A stretch of DNA of 64,000 bases from an uncultured Oceanospirillales bacterium (GTDB lineage: Bacteria; Pseudomonadota; Gammaproteobacteria; Pseudomonadales; Endozoicomonadaceae). The DNA lies in the NCBI GenBank assembly GCA_947040555.1, contig CAMRBW010000002.1:3836-67835 (forward strand), written 5' to 3'. Below are positions 10,454 through 19,086 of the stretch, piece by piece; positions within the stretch are counted from its first letter, which is position 1; each line of letters opens with the position of its first letter. Both the position numbers and the translations under genes were made by a program. The notes beneath the pieces were generated by a model that worked only from the letters and a program-made list of their open reading frames with translations, searched no databases and was not told where the DNA came from.

Positions 10454-10530
10454 CTGATATCACCTTTATTACTTGTTATTGTTATTGTTGTTTATTGCTA
10501 CTTATTGTTACTTATCATTAGTTGTTACTT
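10454..10530 (-). promoter_or_regulatory. A-rich (NAA)n leader immediately upstream of the symporter SD
   Basis: The minus strand reads ...gtaacaataagtagcaataaacaacaataacaataacaagtaataaAGGTGatatcagATG. Confidence 0.4.
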
Positions 10531-10547
10531 TTTAACGTTGCTAATTG

Positions 10548-10823
10548 CTATCTGCTGGTCTCCAGCTCAATATCAATGCAGTTGACATTAAAGTGCTTAC
10601 AGTTATCACGAAACATCTGGTAAACACAGCTTTTCTGAGCTTCTGGTGTAAACATTACGGTTTCTCCTGAGAAAAACTGCAGTTGTTCAACACTCCGGAT
10701 CTGTAGGCACTCATCCAGCCGTAAGCCATGAGTAAATAAAAAACGATGAAAGTCATGCTCATCTTCTGCAACTATCAGAAGTGGCACAAACCAACCGGAA
10801 TGTGGTGAGCGAAATTTCGACAT
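10548..10823 (-). CDS. Hypothetical protein (91 aa)
   Basis: The ATG at 10823 is preceded by GAGGAAG. No motif recognised. Confidence 0.4.
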   Translation of the reverse strand: MSKFRSPHSGWFVPLLIVAEDEHDFHRFLFTHGLRLDECLQIRSVEQLQFFSGETVMFTPEAQKSCVYQMFRDNCKHFNVNCIDIELETSR

Positions 10824-11017
10824 CACTTGCTTCCTCAAAGAAATGTGGCGAATCCATGCCACTTGTTTTATTTTGTTGTTTTTCCCCTGTTTTAAGAATG
10901 TCATATCATTGCTGTTTAATCGACACCTGTCATTTACTGTCGTACGGGAATTTCCCGCAACATCGTCAACTTTCTGCTAAATAACACTGCACGACAATGT
11001 ACATTTGTAGGTGAATC

Positions 11018-13957
11018 ATGCTGGAACTCTCTGAACAGGATGTAGAGCTGAACGCCACCTGTAGCAGCAAAGAGGACGCCATTCGCTTCATCGTAGAGAA
11101 AATGGTCGATGGTGATCTGGTCGAACCGGGCTACCTCCACGGTGTACTCGAGCGAGAACAGCAAACATCAACTTTTCTTGGGTCTGGTATTGCCATACCC
11201 CATGGCACAACAGAGACTCGCGACCTGATCAGACAGACTGGCATCAAAGTGATTCGTTTCCCGGACGGACTGGATTGGGGCGACCAGCAAACTGTCTATA
11301 CAGCAATCGGCGTTGCGGCCAAATCCGATGAGCATCTCGGCATTCTGCGTAAGCTCACCCATATCATGAACAGCTCTGAACTGGTTAACAGTCTGCATAC
11401 CAGCCCTTCGGCGCAGGAGGTCATTGCCATCTTCAGTCGTGATCTCGCCGCTGGCGGAGGGAATAACGAGTTGCTGATTCATCCTGACAATATACGAACA
11501 GGGATGACTCTCAGCAGTCTTATTGAGGCCAAAGCGATAGCTGCATCCATTCTCTGCGGTCATGGTAGCTGGGAGGCCGGTAACCTGAACGCTTTGATGA
11601 CCGATGCCACAATAAAGCTGGACGACAATATATGGCTTATTTGTGCCCAGAACAGGGATCGTCAATCGTCATTGGCCGCCGTCCAGTTCCACGCCTCTGG
11701 TCAGACACATCTGGATCCGTCAAAACAGCTGCTGATCACTGTGGTAACCCAGGGAGATAACCACAGAGAGCTAATGGATCGCCTGATAGATTTTCAGCGC
11801 AAGAATGCCCTGATCAAATTGGTTGCAGCCGCAAGCCCACAAATCCTGTGCGGCCTCCTCAACGGCACTGAGGCCGGTGTACAATCTGTCACTTGTCGTC
11901 TGCCCCTGCCCCATGGACTCCACGCCCGACCAGCAACCCAACTGGTCAAACTGGTGAAGTCACTGGGTGTAGAGGTTTTTGCAGAAAACCTTGATGAAAA
12001 CAGTGCCCTGGTTAAAGTCAACAGTATTGCCCGGCTTATCGGCCTTGGTGTCTGTTTTGGTCACCGCATCCGCTTCACCATTCGCGATCCTGATGCCAAA
12101 AAACACCTCGACACGCTACTCCGTGAGGTCGCCAACGGGCTGGGAGATGATACCGCACCACTGCCCGATAAGCCTGACAGCAGTACTCTCTCATCATCCT
12201 CACCACCCCCATCGCCAGACACTCCACCTTCCCAGGCTGATAAGCCCGCTTCCAGCAGCGAGCCAGGCCCGGGAGACACGATCAAAGGTTTGTGCGGTGC
12301 ACCTGGCATGGCCATCGGTACCGCCTTTGTTCAGCACGATATCGTATTCCATTATGAGGAGTTTTCATCCAATAACGAGGAGCAGATCCTGCGCCTTGAA
12401 AAGGCTGTAACTGCCGTCAAATACCTTATCAGTGAACGGATAAAAGCCTCCGAAAAAGACGATGCCCGCCAAATTGCAGAAATGCACATTGCCCTATTGG
12501 ACGACCCAGCTCTGGTAGACGACTCTTGCGAGTTAATCCGCCAAAACAAGTCTGCAGAATGGAGCTGGCACACAACCTATGAAAAAATTGCAAATGCGCA
12601 GGAAAAAAACCCTGATCCTCTCATGGCCGAACGCGCTGCTGACTTTCGTGATGTTGGCAGTCAGGTGCTGTCTATCCTGACGGGGCAGGAGATCGAGTCC
12701 AATGAGACAGAACCTCACATCCTGATCTGCCATGAACTGCCCGCTTCCAAAGTGCCAATGCTTGATCCCCAGATTACACTGGCCGTTGTCACCGCCGCCG
12801 GAGGTGTCACCTCCCATGCCGCCATACTGGCTCGTTCGACCGGTATTCCACTGCTGGTTGGCTGCGGCAACAGGGTGCTCTCCATTGCAAACGGTACCCA
12901 GCTGATCATCAATTGCGATGAACAGCTGGCCAGGCTGGTTGAAAACGACGAGGAGATCACCCAGGCCCGGCAGGAAAAACAGCGTCAGGATGATGCCTCC
13001 GAGGCCGCTTATCAACATTGTCATGAGCCCGCCATCACCACGGACGGCGTACAGATGGAGGTGGTCGCCAATATCACCAACAGCTCCCAGGTGAAGAGTG
13101 CACTGGAATACGGTGCCGAGGGCATCGGTCTGTACCGGTCCGAGTTCGTCTACATGGAATACGGTCAAGAACCCACCATCGAACAGCAGACCATGGAATA
13201 CCAGCAGGCATTGCAACAGTTGAAAGGACGACCACTGGTTGTTCGAACACTGGATGTTGGTGGTGATAAACCTTTGCCGTATATCCCCATAGCCAAAGAA
13301 GAGAACCCATTCCTCGGCGTCCGTGGGGCACGCCTCTCTCTGCTCCACCCCGAGATACTCCAGCGACAACTACAGGCTCTTCTGACCGCAGCCGCCAGTA
13401 CCGAGGGGACCAAAAGCAACCTGAAAATCATGTTCCCGATGATCTGTGACATCAGTGAGTGGCGACAGCTGCGCACGCTCATCCATACCGTTGCCGCCGA
13501 CCATCCCGATGTGCACTTTGAGCTGGGCATGATGATCGAAGTTCCCAGTGCCGCACTGCTGGCGGATACCTTTGCCCCCGAGCTGGATTTCTTCTCCATC
13601 GGCACCAATGATCTTACCCAGTACACCATGGCCATAGACCGTGGCCATCCCACACTGTCCGGGATGGCAGACCCTATTCACCCTGCCGTATTGCGCCTGA
13701 TAAAAATGACCGTAGACGCTGCCAACCAGCACAAAGCCTGGGTCGGTGTCTGCGGGGAGCTGGCCGCTGATCTTTTGGGTGCCATTGTGCTCACCGGTTT
13801 GGGCGTGAAAGAGTTGAGCATGTCGGTCAAGTCTATTCCTCAGGCCAAGGCTCACATTCGAAAAGTCTCCCTTGCACAGTCAAAAGCTATGGCGGAAGCG
13901 GCGCTTAAAGCCGAGTCAGCACAGGCTGTTCGCGCGCTAAAGATAGAGGACTTCTGA
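11018..13957 (+). CDS. fruB: Fructose PTS multiphosphoryl transfer protein (EIIA-Fru / HPr-like / Enzyme I fusion)
   Basis: EIIA type-2 His site (GIAIPHG), HPr His site (HGLHARPAT) and EI His site (GGVTSHAAILARS), with a P/S-rich linker. It lies upstream of fruK and fruA. Confidence 0.9.
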   Translation: MLELSEQDVELNATCSSKEDAIRFIVEKMVDGDLVEPGYLHGVLEREQQTSTFLGSGIAIPHGTTETRDLIRQTGIKVIRFPDGLDWGDQQTVYTAIGVAAKSDEHLGILRKLTHIMNSSELVNSLHTSPSAQEVIAIFSRDLAAGGGNNELLIHPDNIRTGMTLSSLIEAKAIAASILCGHGSWEAGNLNALMTDATIKLDDNIWLICAQNRDRQSSLAAVQFHASGQTHLDPSKQLLITVVTQGDNHRELMDRLIDFQRKNALIKLVAAASPQILCGLLNGTEAGVQSVTCRLPLPHGLHARPATQLVKLVKSLGVEVFAENLDENSALVKVNSIARLIGLGVCFGHRIRFTIRDPDAKKHLDTLLREVANGLGDDTAPLPDKPDSSTLSSSSPPPSPDTPPSQADKPASSSEPGPGDTIKGLCGAPGMAIGTAFVQHDIVFHYEEFSSNNEEQILRLEKAVTAVKYLISERIKASEKDDARQIAEMHIALLDDPALVDDSCELIRQNKSAEWSWHTTYEKIANAQEKNPDPLMAERAADFRDVGSQVLSILTGQEIESNETEPHILICHELPASKVPMLDPQITLAVVTAAGGVTSHAAILARSTGIPLLVGCGNRVLSIANGTQLIINCDEQLARLVENDEEITQARQEKQRQDDASEAAYQHCHEPAITTDGVQMEVVANITNSSQVKSALEYGAEGIGLYRSEFVYMEYGQEPTIEQQTMEYQQALQQLKGRPLVVRTLDVGGDKPLPYIPIAKEENPFLGVRGARLSLLHPEILQRQLQALLTAAASTEGTKSNLKIMFPMICDISEWRQLRTLIHTVAADHPDVHFELGMMIEVPSAALLADTFAPELDFFSIGTNDLTQYTMAIDRGHPTLSGMADPIHPAVLRLIKMTVDAANQHKAWVGVCGELAADLLGAIVLTGLGVKELSMSVKSIPQAKAHIRKVSLAQSKAMAEAALKAESAQAVRALKIEDF

Positions 13958-13958
13958 C

Positions 13959-14909
13959 ATGGACAAACCTATTCTCACCGTAACACTCAATCCGGCACTG
14001 GATCTGACCATTATCTGTAACGCTCTGCTACTGGATTCTGTCAATGTGGCCAGAGAGTGTAGCCTCCATGCCGCCGGCAAGGGGATCAACGTCGCCAGAG
14101 TGCTCTCGGATCTGGGTGTCAAAGTGAATGCCACCGGCATCTTCGGCAGTAGCAACAGACAACCATTCGATGATTTCTTTCGTAACCACCCAATAGAAAA
14201 CCATTGTCACCATATATCTGGGGACACTCGCATTAACGTCAAGGTTAAAGACGACAAAGATCAAGTCACGGAGATCAATCTCCCCGGGCTTGAACCAAGC
14301 TCTCAAGAGCTAAACAAATTCCGCATCCAGCTGCTGGAAATTGCCGAACAAAGTGCCTGGGTGGTGCTTGCCGGAAGTCTCCCAAAAGCGATTCCGATAG
14401 ATTTCTACAGCCTGCTGATAGCAGACCTCAACCAACTCGGGATTAATGTGATCCTTGATACCAGCGGTGCCGCCCTGATCTCCGCGGTAAAATCCGTCCC
14501 CTTTCTGATCAAACCCAATCGTTTTGAACTGGAACAGTGGTGCGGAGAACCGGTGACGTCTATCGATAAAGAGAAAAGTGTCGTACAGAACCTGCTAAAT
14601 CTCGGTATCCAGCATATTGTGGTTTCTGATGGCCGCCATGGCTCCCGATGGTACACACATGATGTCGTCTGGCAGGCCATACCCCCGAAAATGAACGTTG
14701 TCAGTACAGTAGGAGCCGGAGACAGTCTGGTAGCCGGTATCGTCTATGGACTATCACAGGGCTGGTCTCCTGACCAATGTCTGGTACAGGCAACCGCCAT
14801 AGCAGCACTTGCAGTCACTCAGATTGGTGTCGGCATTCCCCATCGTAATGAGCTGGAGAAAATTCGCAGCCAGGTACAGCTTATGAAACTTAACGCCGGA
14901 GAACAGTAG
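13959..14909 (+). CDS. fruK: 1-phosphofructokinase (PfkB family)
   Basis: PfkB motifs (GKGINVA, VGAGDSLVAG). The start is 2 nt after the fruB stop. Confidence 0.9.
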   Translation: MDKPILTVTLNPALDLTIICNALLLDSVNVARECSLHAAGKGINVARVLSDLGVKVNATGIFGSSNRQPFDDFFRNHPIENHCHHISGDTRINVKVKDDKDQVTEINLPGLEPSSQELNKFRIQLLEIAEQSAWVVLAGSLPKAIPIDFYSLLIADLNQLGINVILDTSGAALISAVKSVPFLIKPNRFELEQWCGEPVTSIDKEKSVVQNLLNLGIQHIVVSDGRHGSRWYTHDVVWQAIPPKMNVVSTVGAGDSLVAGIVYGLSQGWSPDQCLVQATAIAALAVTQIGVGIPHRNELEKIRSQVQLMKLNAGEQ

Positions 14910-14910
14910 T

Positions 14911-16692
14911 ATGAATGTTCTGATCTACACCAACTGTCATGCTGGTCTCTTCTCCAGCTATATAGCCGGTGAAAACCTGCGGCACTATGCACAGGAAAAA
15001 GGATGGCGTGCCAAAGCTGAAATTCATTGTCAGGTCTTGCCGGTCATACCTTTCAGCCAGCAAGATATTGAGGAAGCAGACCTGATTGTCGTTGCCACCA
15101 TGACCGGCTGTGATCTCTCCCGCTTCGCTGGCAAAAAGCTGTTCCTGGGGAATGTGCAGTCCGCAATCAGTGCCCCGGATGCCTACCTGACCCAGGCCGA
15201 ACAGGAGGCGAGCGTTTACGACCCCGCTACTGATACCACGGCCGATACCACGGGGGCAGTGGCACCAGAACAACCGCCTCACAGTAGTAAAAGTAAAGAG
15301 AAGGGTCTGCATATTCTCGCCGTGACCGCCTGCCCGACCGGTGTCGCCCACACCTTTATGGCCGCAGAAGCCCTGCAGTCCATAGCCGGCCTGATGGGCC
15401 ACAACATTAAGGTAGAAACACGGGGCTCTATCGGAGCCAAAAACACCTTTACTGCCGATGATATTGCCAAGGCTGATCTGGTGATTCTGGCGGTAGATAT
15501 TGAGGTAGACAGCGCACCATTTGCCGGTAAGCGCATCTACCGCACCAGCACCGGCAAAGCACTTAAACAGACGAAAGAGGTTATTGAAGCGGCTATTCAG
15601 GAGGCCCGGATCGAGGGTGGTGCCGATCAGCCGTCGTCTGTATCTTCATCATCGGGAGATAGCGCCGGGCCTTATAAACATCTGATGACCGGTGTCTCCT
15701 TTATGCTGCCGATGGTCGTTGCCGGTGGTCTTTCAATTGCACTGTCGTTTGTTTTTGGCATCGAAGCCTTCAAGACCGAAGGCACGCTGGCGGCAGCGTT
15801 AATGAAAATCGGCGGTGACTCCGCCTTTGCCCTGATGATTCCGGTGCTGTCCGGCTATATCGCCTTCTCTATTGCCGACCGCCCCGGGCTCACACCAGGG
15901 CTGATTGGGGGGATGCTGGCCAGTGCTCTGGGCGCCGGTTTTCTCGGAGGTATCGCCTCGGGTTTTCTGGCCGGTTATACCGCCAGACTTCTGGTCGATA
16001 AAATCTCACTCCCGAAGACCATGGAAGCGCTCAAACCCATTCTTATCGTGCCGCTGGCCGCCTCCCTGGTGACCGGTCTGGTGATGATTTACATAGTCGG
16101 AGGGCCGGTAGCCGCCATTATGAATGGGATGGAGCAATTCCTCTCCTCCATGGGCGATGCCAATGCGGTGCTGCTGGGGCTGATTCTGGGAGCAATGATG
16201 TGCTTTGATCTGGGCGGCCCGGTCAATAAGGCGGCCTACGCCTTTGGCGTTGGACTGCTGGCCAGTCAACAGTATGAACCGATGGCGGCCATTATGGCGG
16301 CGGGGATGACACCGGCCATTGCCATGGGCATTGTCACCTTTATCGGTCGCAGGCACTTCTCGGAGGCTGAACACGAAGCCGGACGGGCGTCGTTTGTACT
16401 GGGACTCTGTTTTATCTCCGAGGGGGCTATTCCCTTTGCGGCCAAAGACCCGATCCGAGTGATTCCCGCCACCATGCTCGGTGGCGCTATTACTGGTGCC
16501 CTCTCCATGTATTACAACATCCAGCTGATGGCGCCCCATGGCGGCATATTTGTGTTGTTTATTCCTAACGCGATTTCCCATGTCACTCTGTATGCTCTGG
16601 CCATCGCCGCAGGTTCGATCGTCACGGCGCTGGCTTATCTGACACTGATCAAACTGATCAGGCACAAGGAGGTAGAAATCGTCGAGGTCTGA
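14911..16692 (+). CDS. fruA: PTS fructose-specific EIIB'BC component
   Basis: EIIB Cys site (VTACPTGVAHTFMAAEAL) followed by a polytopic EIIC domain. Confidence 0.9.
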   Translation: MNVLIYTNCHAGLFSSYIAGENLRHYAQEKGWRAKAEIHCQVLPVIPFSQQDIEEADLIVVATMTGCDLSRFAGKKLFLGNVQSAISAPDAYLTQAEQEASVYDPATDTTADTTGAVAPEQPPHSSKSKEKGLHILAVTACPTGVAHTFMAAEALQSIAGLMGHNIKVETRGSIGAKNTFTADDIAKADLVILAVDIEVDSAPFAGKRIYRTSTGKALKQTKEVIEAAIQEARIEGGADQPSSVSSSSGDSAGPYKHLMTGVSFMLPMVVAGGLSIALSFVFGIEAFKTEGTLAAALMKIGGDSAFALMIPVLSGYIAFSIADRPGLTPGLIGGMLASALGAGFLGGIASGFLAGYTARLLVDKISLPKTMEALKPILIVPLAASLVTGLVMIYIVGGPVAAIMNGMEQFLSSMGDANAVLLGLILGAMMCFDLGGPVNKAAYAFGVGLLASQQYEPMAAIMAAGMTPAIAMGIVTFIGRRHFSEAEHEAGRASFVLGLCFISEGAIPFAAKDPIRVIPATMLGGAITGALSMYYNIQLMAPHGGIFVLFIPNAISHVTLYALAIAAGSIVTALAYLTLIKLIRHKEVEIVEV

Positions 16693-16839
16693 ACTTTTTC
16701 CACTTTTTCTATCCTTCCTCCCTTTCTTTAACCTCAGAAGGGAGGGGGGTAGCTCTGCTTTGATGTGACATCCGTTAACAAAAATAGAACAAAGAGACAC
16801 CCATATATTTGGTGCCCATGTATTTGGTGAGTGAAATCT

Positions 16840-16951
16840 GTAACTGCTCATTTTTTACTGGCAAATCTGCGTTTTCAGAATCATCTCTCCCGGAAACACT
16901 GGGCTCCTGAGGAGTCTGTTCCTCATCTGCCAGAGAAATATGAGCAGTTAC
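16840..16951. mobile_element. 112-bp MITE, copy 1
   Basis: Perfect 12-bp terminal inverted repeats gtaactgctcat/atgagcagttac. They are flanked by an identical 8-bp direct repeat TGAAATCT (16832-16839 and 16952-16959). Confidence 0.8.
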
Positions 16952-17000
16952 TGAAATCTAGTGGAAATTTGGTGGAAATCTGGGAAATCCATATATTTAG

Positions 17001-17067
17001 CAGATGAGATCAGTAAATTTTATGGATGTCCTCAACTGCTCAACTGCTCAACTGCTCAACTGCTCGC
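17001..17067 (+). repeat. 36-nt dispersed repeat (copy 1) followed by (caactgct)x4 microsatellite
   Basis: cagatgagatcagtaaattttatggatgtcctcaac matches 17815-17850 at 33 of 36 positions. It is followed by 4 tandem 8-mers. Confidence 0.8.
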
Positions 17068-17186
17068 TTTCAGCGATTTTTGAACTTTTTGTCTCAAAGT
17101 CAATCCAAATAGCAGTACCAGACAACGGCATACTGCAGTTGTTATGTGTTCGGATCATGATTTATCAAAATACAAGGAGGTTTCAC

Positions 17187-17702
17187 ATGCACACAAAACT
17201 AATGCTTTTCCTCATACTTACCGCTCTCGGCTATTCAACCGTCGTGCGGTCTTTTCCTATTGAGAATTTTTTTCATTATAAATTTTCTGTCCCAGACCCC
17301 AGTGGCAGCGAGAATACAGAGAGGGAAACGGATATGAATATTTTTCGAAAAGAAGTAAAAGCGAACTGTACCCATGAGTGCAAAGAGCAGCGACAGGTAA
17401 GCTGGACTGGACGTGTACAACTGCCTAAGCAGGGGAGTATAAATTCCAAAAATGCCTATCCAGAAGAAGAGTATTCATGTTTTTGCTCTCATGTACAGTC
17501 ATCAAACAACAGGGAAACAATATCGAATAGCACAGAAGCCCGCAAAGTATGTCCACTAAGATGTAAACGCGAGACCAATAACAAAACGGGCGAGAAAGAC
17601 CTGCGTTCGACAGGACATTGGTGGTCGCTTTATGATAAACTCAAACGCGAATTCTTTTCTATTTGCCAATGCGAAAAACCACTGATACATGATGAGCTTT
17701 GA
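17187..17702 (+). CDS. Hypothetical Cys-rich secreted protein (171 aa)
   Basis: AGGAGG lies 6 nt upstream of the ATG. The N-terminus looks like a signal peptide (MHTKLMLFLILTALGYSTVV). The protein has 10 Cys and no recognised family. Confidence 0.55.
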   Translation: MHTKLMLFLILTALGYSTVVRSFPIENFFHYKFSVPDPSGSENTERETDMNIFRKEVKANCTHECKEQRQVSWTGRVQLPKQGSINSKNAYPEEEYSCFCSHVQSSNNRETISNSTEARKVCPLRCKRETNNKTGEKDLRSTGHWWSLYDKLKREFFSICQCEKPLIHDEL

Positions 17703-17752
17703 GGATTAGCAAGGGAAAGTTATCAAAGCCACTTTCCCGGCCAAGTCAGTCC

Positions 17753-17824
17753 ACAACATCAACCTATCCAGACCCTGGCGTTGCGGAACATTCGCAAAAT
17801 CCGGGACATCTTGGCAGACCAGAT
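17753..17824 (-). pseudogene. Orphan copy of the purL 3' end (..[11 protein letters not shown])
   Basis: The reverse strand encodes [11 protein letters not shown]-stop, against [11 protein letters not shown]-stop at the true purL end (19087-19122). About 83% nt identity over 42 nt. Confidence 0.7.
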
Positions 17825-17909
17825 CAGAAAATTTTATGGATGTCCTCAACCACTGATGAAAATAGTACATTTTATGGATGTCCTTAACTGCTCTGTCCTT
17901 AACTGCTCT
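17815..17909 (+). repeat. 36-nt dispersed repeat (copy 2), third partial copy, and 15-bp tandem (gtccttaactgctct x2)
   Basis: Seen directly in the sequence: the attttatggatgtcct core occurs at 17830 and 17868, and the tandem 15-mers span 17880-17909. Confidence 0.75.
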
Positions 17910-18141
17910 GACGAGTACTTTTATGCGAAAGCAATTGACTGGCTACCTAACCAGAATGTTAGTTAACTTCAGGTTTAAAATGAACTTTCTGTGTTTTTTT
18001 TGTCAACAAATGGAGACGATGTAATTAAGAGGAATAACATAGGAGAAACCAATGTTTGTTATTAACTATCTGAAAACGGTTTTTTATCGCCCTGAAGAAA
18101 ACACAGATCATGGTATAACAACCACAGACCCTAAGTAAATA

Positions 18142-18450
18142 ATGGAGAAGGTTCTTGAAGAGAACGGCATGACGTGGAACTCCCGCGTAATTCGTGCAAC
18201 TTCGAGTCGATTTGTGGATCTAAAAAAGTCAGTAGCGTATGCAAATCCGAAAAGCATTACGGATGTATACGATATTTATTCGAAAGGACTACAGTCTAAT
18301 AAACCCTACTTTGAGCAGTATCAATGTATAACATCTAAAATGTTAGGGTGCCCGTCATTAAATGTTATATTTTATCGAAAGGGCTTCCAAAATCCGTACA
18401 GGAAACAGAAGATCGAAGTCAGCTATGTTAAGCACCAACGGTATTGGTGA
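18142..18450 (+). CDS. Hypothetical protein in AT-rich patch
   Basis: ORF only. A 29-codon ORF with a strong SD precedes it (aggagaaaccaATG at 18052). Confidence 0.25.
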   Translation: MEKVLEENGMTWNSRVIRATSSRFVDLKKSVAYANPKSITDVYDIYSKGLQSNKPYFEQYQCITSKMLGCPSLNVIFYRKGFQNPYRKQKIEVSYVKHQRYW

Positions 18451-18879
18451 CGCCATAGCCTCCCGTACGCGCTCACGAACCTCGCCGACAGTAATAAACT
18501 GCATAGCCTCCCGTACCCGTTCAAAAGGCACAAAGTCACTGCCGACCTATAGTAAGCGTCAGAAGGTTACTCGCTTACGGACGCGTAAGCCCCGCATAGT
18601 CGGCGAAGTCTCTATTAGCATCAAAGTATCAGATATTTTTGCACAATCAGGAAAACTGTATCCTGACGCAATCGCTGTCTTCAGAAATTGTTTCATAGCA
18701 ACCATACCCAAAGGAGAAATAACCTGTAAAATTCTTCCCCCGGCCGGAAATGAGGGGTGGTAGTGTTCCCACAGGGCAGGCACACAAGAAAAGTGTAAAG
18801 AAAACTTAAAGTACACAGGACATCTCTTTCCCGTCAGCCAATATTGATGGACACCCACATCAAATAGAGCCTATCAAGC

Positions 18880-19020
18880 GGTTGATGAAGAAGAGAAATG
18901 TACGGGCACGGGCTGCCATCGTCATGGACTTTATCCACGTGCTGGAATATCTCTGGAGAGCCTCTTATTGCCTGTATCGCAAGGGAAGTACGGATACACA
19001 ATTTAAATTACAGCCTCTTG
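18880..19020 (+). pseudogene. Transposase fragment (DxxH..EYLW-type motif, ISKra4-like?)
   Basis: Translation gives ..RARAAIVMDFIHVLEYLWRASYCLY.. with no full-length ORF. Family is from memory and tentative. Confidence 0.4.
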
Positions 19021-19035
19021 TCGAAGGTCGAGCCA

Positions 19036-19068
19036 GGCAGAGGGGGCGGCAATAGCCGCCCCTCTGCC
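19036..19068. terminator. GC-rich hairpin just downstream of purL
   Basis: Stem ggcagagggggcgg/ccgcccctctgcc (one bulge) with loop caatag, 19 nt past the purL stop. No T-tract. Confidence 0.5.
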
Positions 19069-19086
19069 TCTTACAGATTTACAGCA

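Noticed and set aside
12533-13369. 278-aa minus-strand ORF inside fruB, and 281-aa ORF 16006..16851 inside fruA
   Set aside because: Both are antisense to PTS genes with unambiguous active-site motifs.
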